Assembly: GCA_965112735.1 (NCBI GenBank) | Contig: OZ218957.1 | Coordinates: 2,480,001 to 2,544,000, forward strand | Direction: 5' to 3' | DNA: 64,000 nucleotides | Source: Phaeosaccion multiseriatum | Taxonomy: Eukaryota > Protista > Ochrophyta, other classes | In this document: positions 62,695 to 64,000 of the stretch, one piece after another | Layout: the number at the start of each line of letters is the position of its first letter | Numbering within the stretch: position 1 is the stretch's first letter | Position numbers and translations under genes: made by a program | The notes under the pieces: generated by a model | What the model saw: only the letters and a program-made list of their open reading frames with translations | What the model was told of the DNA's origin: nothing | The model's database searches: none

Positions 62695-63333
62695 AAGGCT
62701 GGTGGTGGTGGTGGTGGTGGTGGTGGTGGTGGTGGTGGTGGGAAGGCGAGCATCAGCAGCGACACAGGCATACAGGCATGTGAAGCAACGAGGAGAGTGA
62801 CGAGAGAATTTTTTGTGAAGTAATTTTTGTTGTTACGTAGTTGGCAGGCTTCTGTGTAGGGACAAAAACCCTCCAACGGGCCCGTCCGTCCCAATGGCCA
62901 GCAGATAGAAGGGATAGAGTCAAAAGCATTTTGAGAGAGAGAGACGTACACTGTAGGAAGACGTAGGTAGAGAGAAAAGAGAGAGGGCCTCCACCGCAGA
63001 CAGCGGAAGGACAGACGATATATGCACGAAGTACACCCGTCTTCTCTAGCGCCGCATGTGCTGTGCCGTCTCGTGCCATCCGCACCAGCAGCAGCTCAGC
63101 GACACGCCAATGAAGGCGTGGTGGCCCCTCGTGGTGGCCCCTCCCCCCAAGGGCCCGAGGCAAAAATAAAAGTAACGCCAGGACACCCACCAAAGGGATG
63201 GCAGCAGACGTGCGCGCGTCCACGAAGACTTGAGACGCTTTATTTTCTCCCCTTCCCGCGGACTTAAGACTTGTTCCCATCTCTCGGACCGGCGGAATCA
63301 AGCCTTGAGGAGCTCCAAAGGGAGTAGTAGCGT

Positions 63334-63658
63334 TTATGTTTGGCAGGGGAGGGGTGGTGTGTGGTACCAACGGCAGCGGCGCGTATGCTCCAGGAATCTG
63401 GGTCGCCTCTGCGCAGCAAATGGAGGAGGAAGAGGAGGAGGAAGAGCTGCGCCAACACAACGGCTTCCCAGTAGCAGCAGATTTTGCGGGAGGCAGGGGC
63501 ACAAGTCATGAGGAGCGCGTCTTACATCAGCAGCAGGAGTATCACCGCCAGCAGCAGCAGCTTCAATTCCAACAGCAGCAGCAGCAGCAGCAGTACGATG
63601 AGTTCCTGTTGCAGCAGCAACAACAACAACTCCAACGTCAACAGCATCATCAGTTGAT

Positions 63659-63690
<32 letters not shown>

Positions 63691-64000
63691 GACAGCAAGA
63701 GGGCCTCCACCAGCCGCAGCCGCCACCACCCCCGCCGCCGCAGCAACAGCAGCACCAGTACAAAGCTGGTCAGTACCAAGGGTACCAGAGTAGTCAGCAG
63801 AGAGAGAGTGGCGCCAATCACGGCAATGCTGCTCCCAAGAGCACCCTCCCCTCCGTCTCAGCCAAGGGGGGTAAGAGAGGGCGACCATGGGGGCCGGAGG
63901 GCGAAGGGGAGCTGCTGCAGCAGCACCCCCAACAACAGCATCAGCATCAGCATCAGCATCAGCAGGCTGCGAGGGAGGCTGATATGCTGCACAGCACAGA
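63334..64000 (-). CDS. Possible terminal exon of a minus-strand gene entering from beyond the window (low-complexity Ala-rich)
   Basis: Open frame 63888-63334 that extends upstream (PADADADADAVVGG..), with poly-Ala style like other exons here; no domain recognised. Confidence 0.3.

Noticed and set aside
1-64000. tRNA, rRNA or snRNA genes
   Set aside because: No cloverleaf, rRNA or snRNA signature recognised by eye; a tRNAscan-SE/Infernal run would be needed to exclude them.

Overview
Eukaryotic, GC-rich, microsatellite-saturated genomic DNA with spliceosomal GT-AG introns. It is most likely from a flagellated ochrophyte (photosynthetic stramenopile). This is inferred from ASAFAP-like bipartite plastid presequences and a ciliary transition-zone gene. 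I reconstructed about 12 protein-coding genes by hand with phase-consistent exon chains: F-box/LRR, plastid-type P-loop ATPase, a small GPI-anchored 8-Cys Ly6/three-finger-like protein that the ORF track misses, FAM184-like coiled coil, PhoD phosphatase, NT5C3-type 5'-nucleotidase, an orphan membrane/acidic protein, a ~3,100-aa RPGRIP1L/EF-hand protein, plastid DnaJ, an HNH-like protein, a TKL kinase and a FYVE-SYLF protein. The most unusual signals are not the genes. (1) A ~19-bp oligonucleotide, CAGCAGTTGGTG(A/G)TACAGC, is scattered >25 times on both strands, in introns and inside exons in three different reading frames; three weaker families of the same kind are also present. (2) A family of small TCG...CGA terminal-inverted-repeat elements has 6-bp target duplications, and its internal binding-site-like repeat co-varies with its termini; one copy carries a Ty3/Gypsy RNase H relic. 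(3) Exon-end/splice-donor junctions are repeatedly duplicated into the downstream intron. No rRNA, tRNA or CRISPR array was seen. All coordinates were read by eye and may be off by a few bases.
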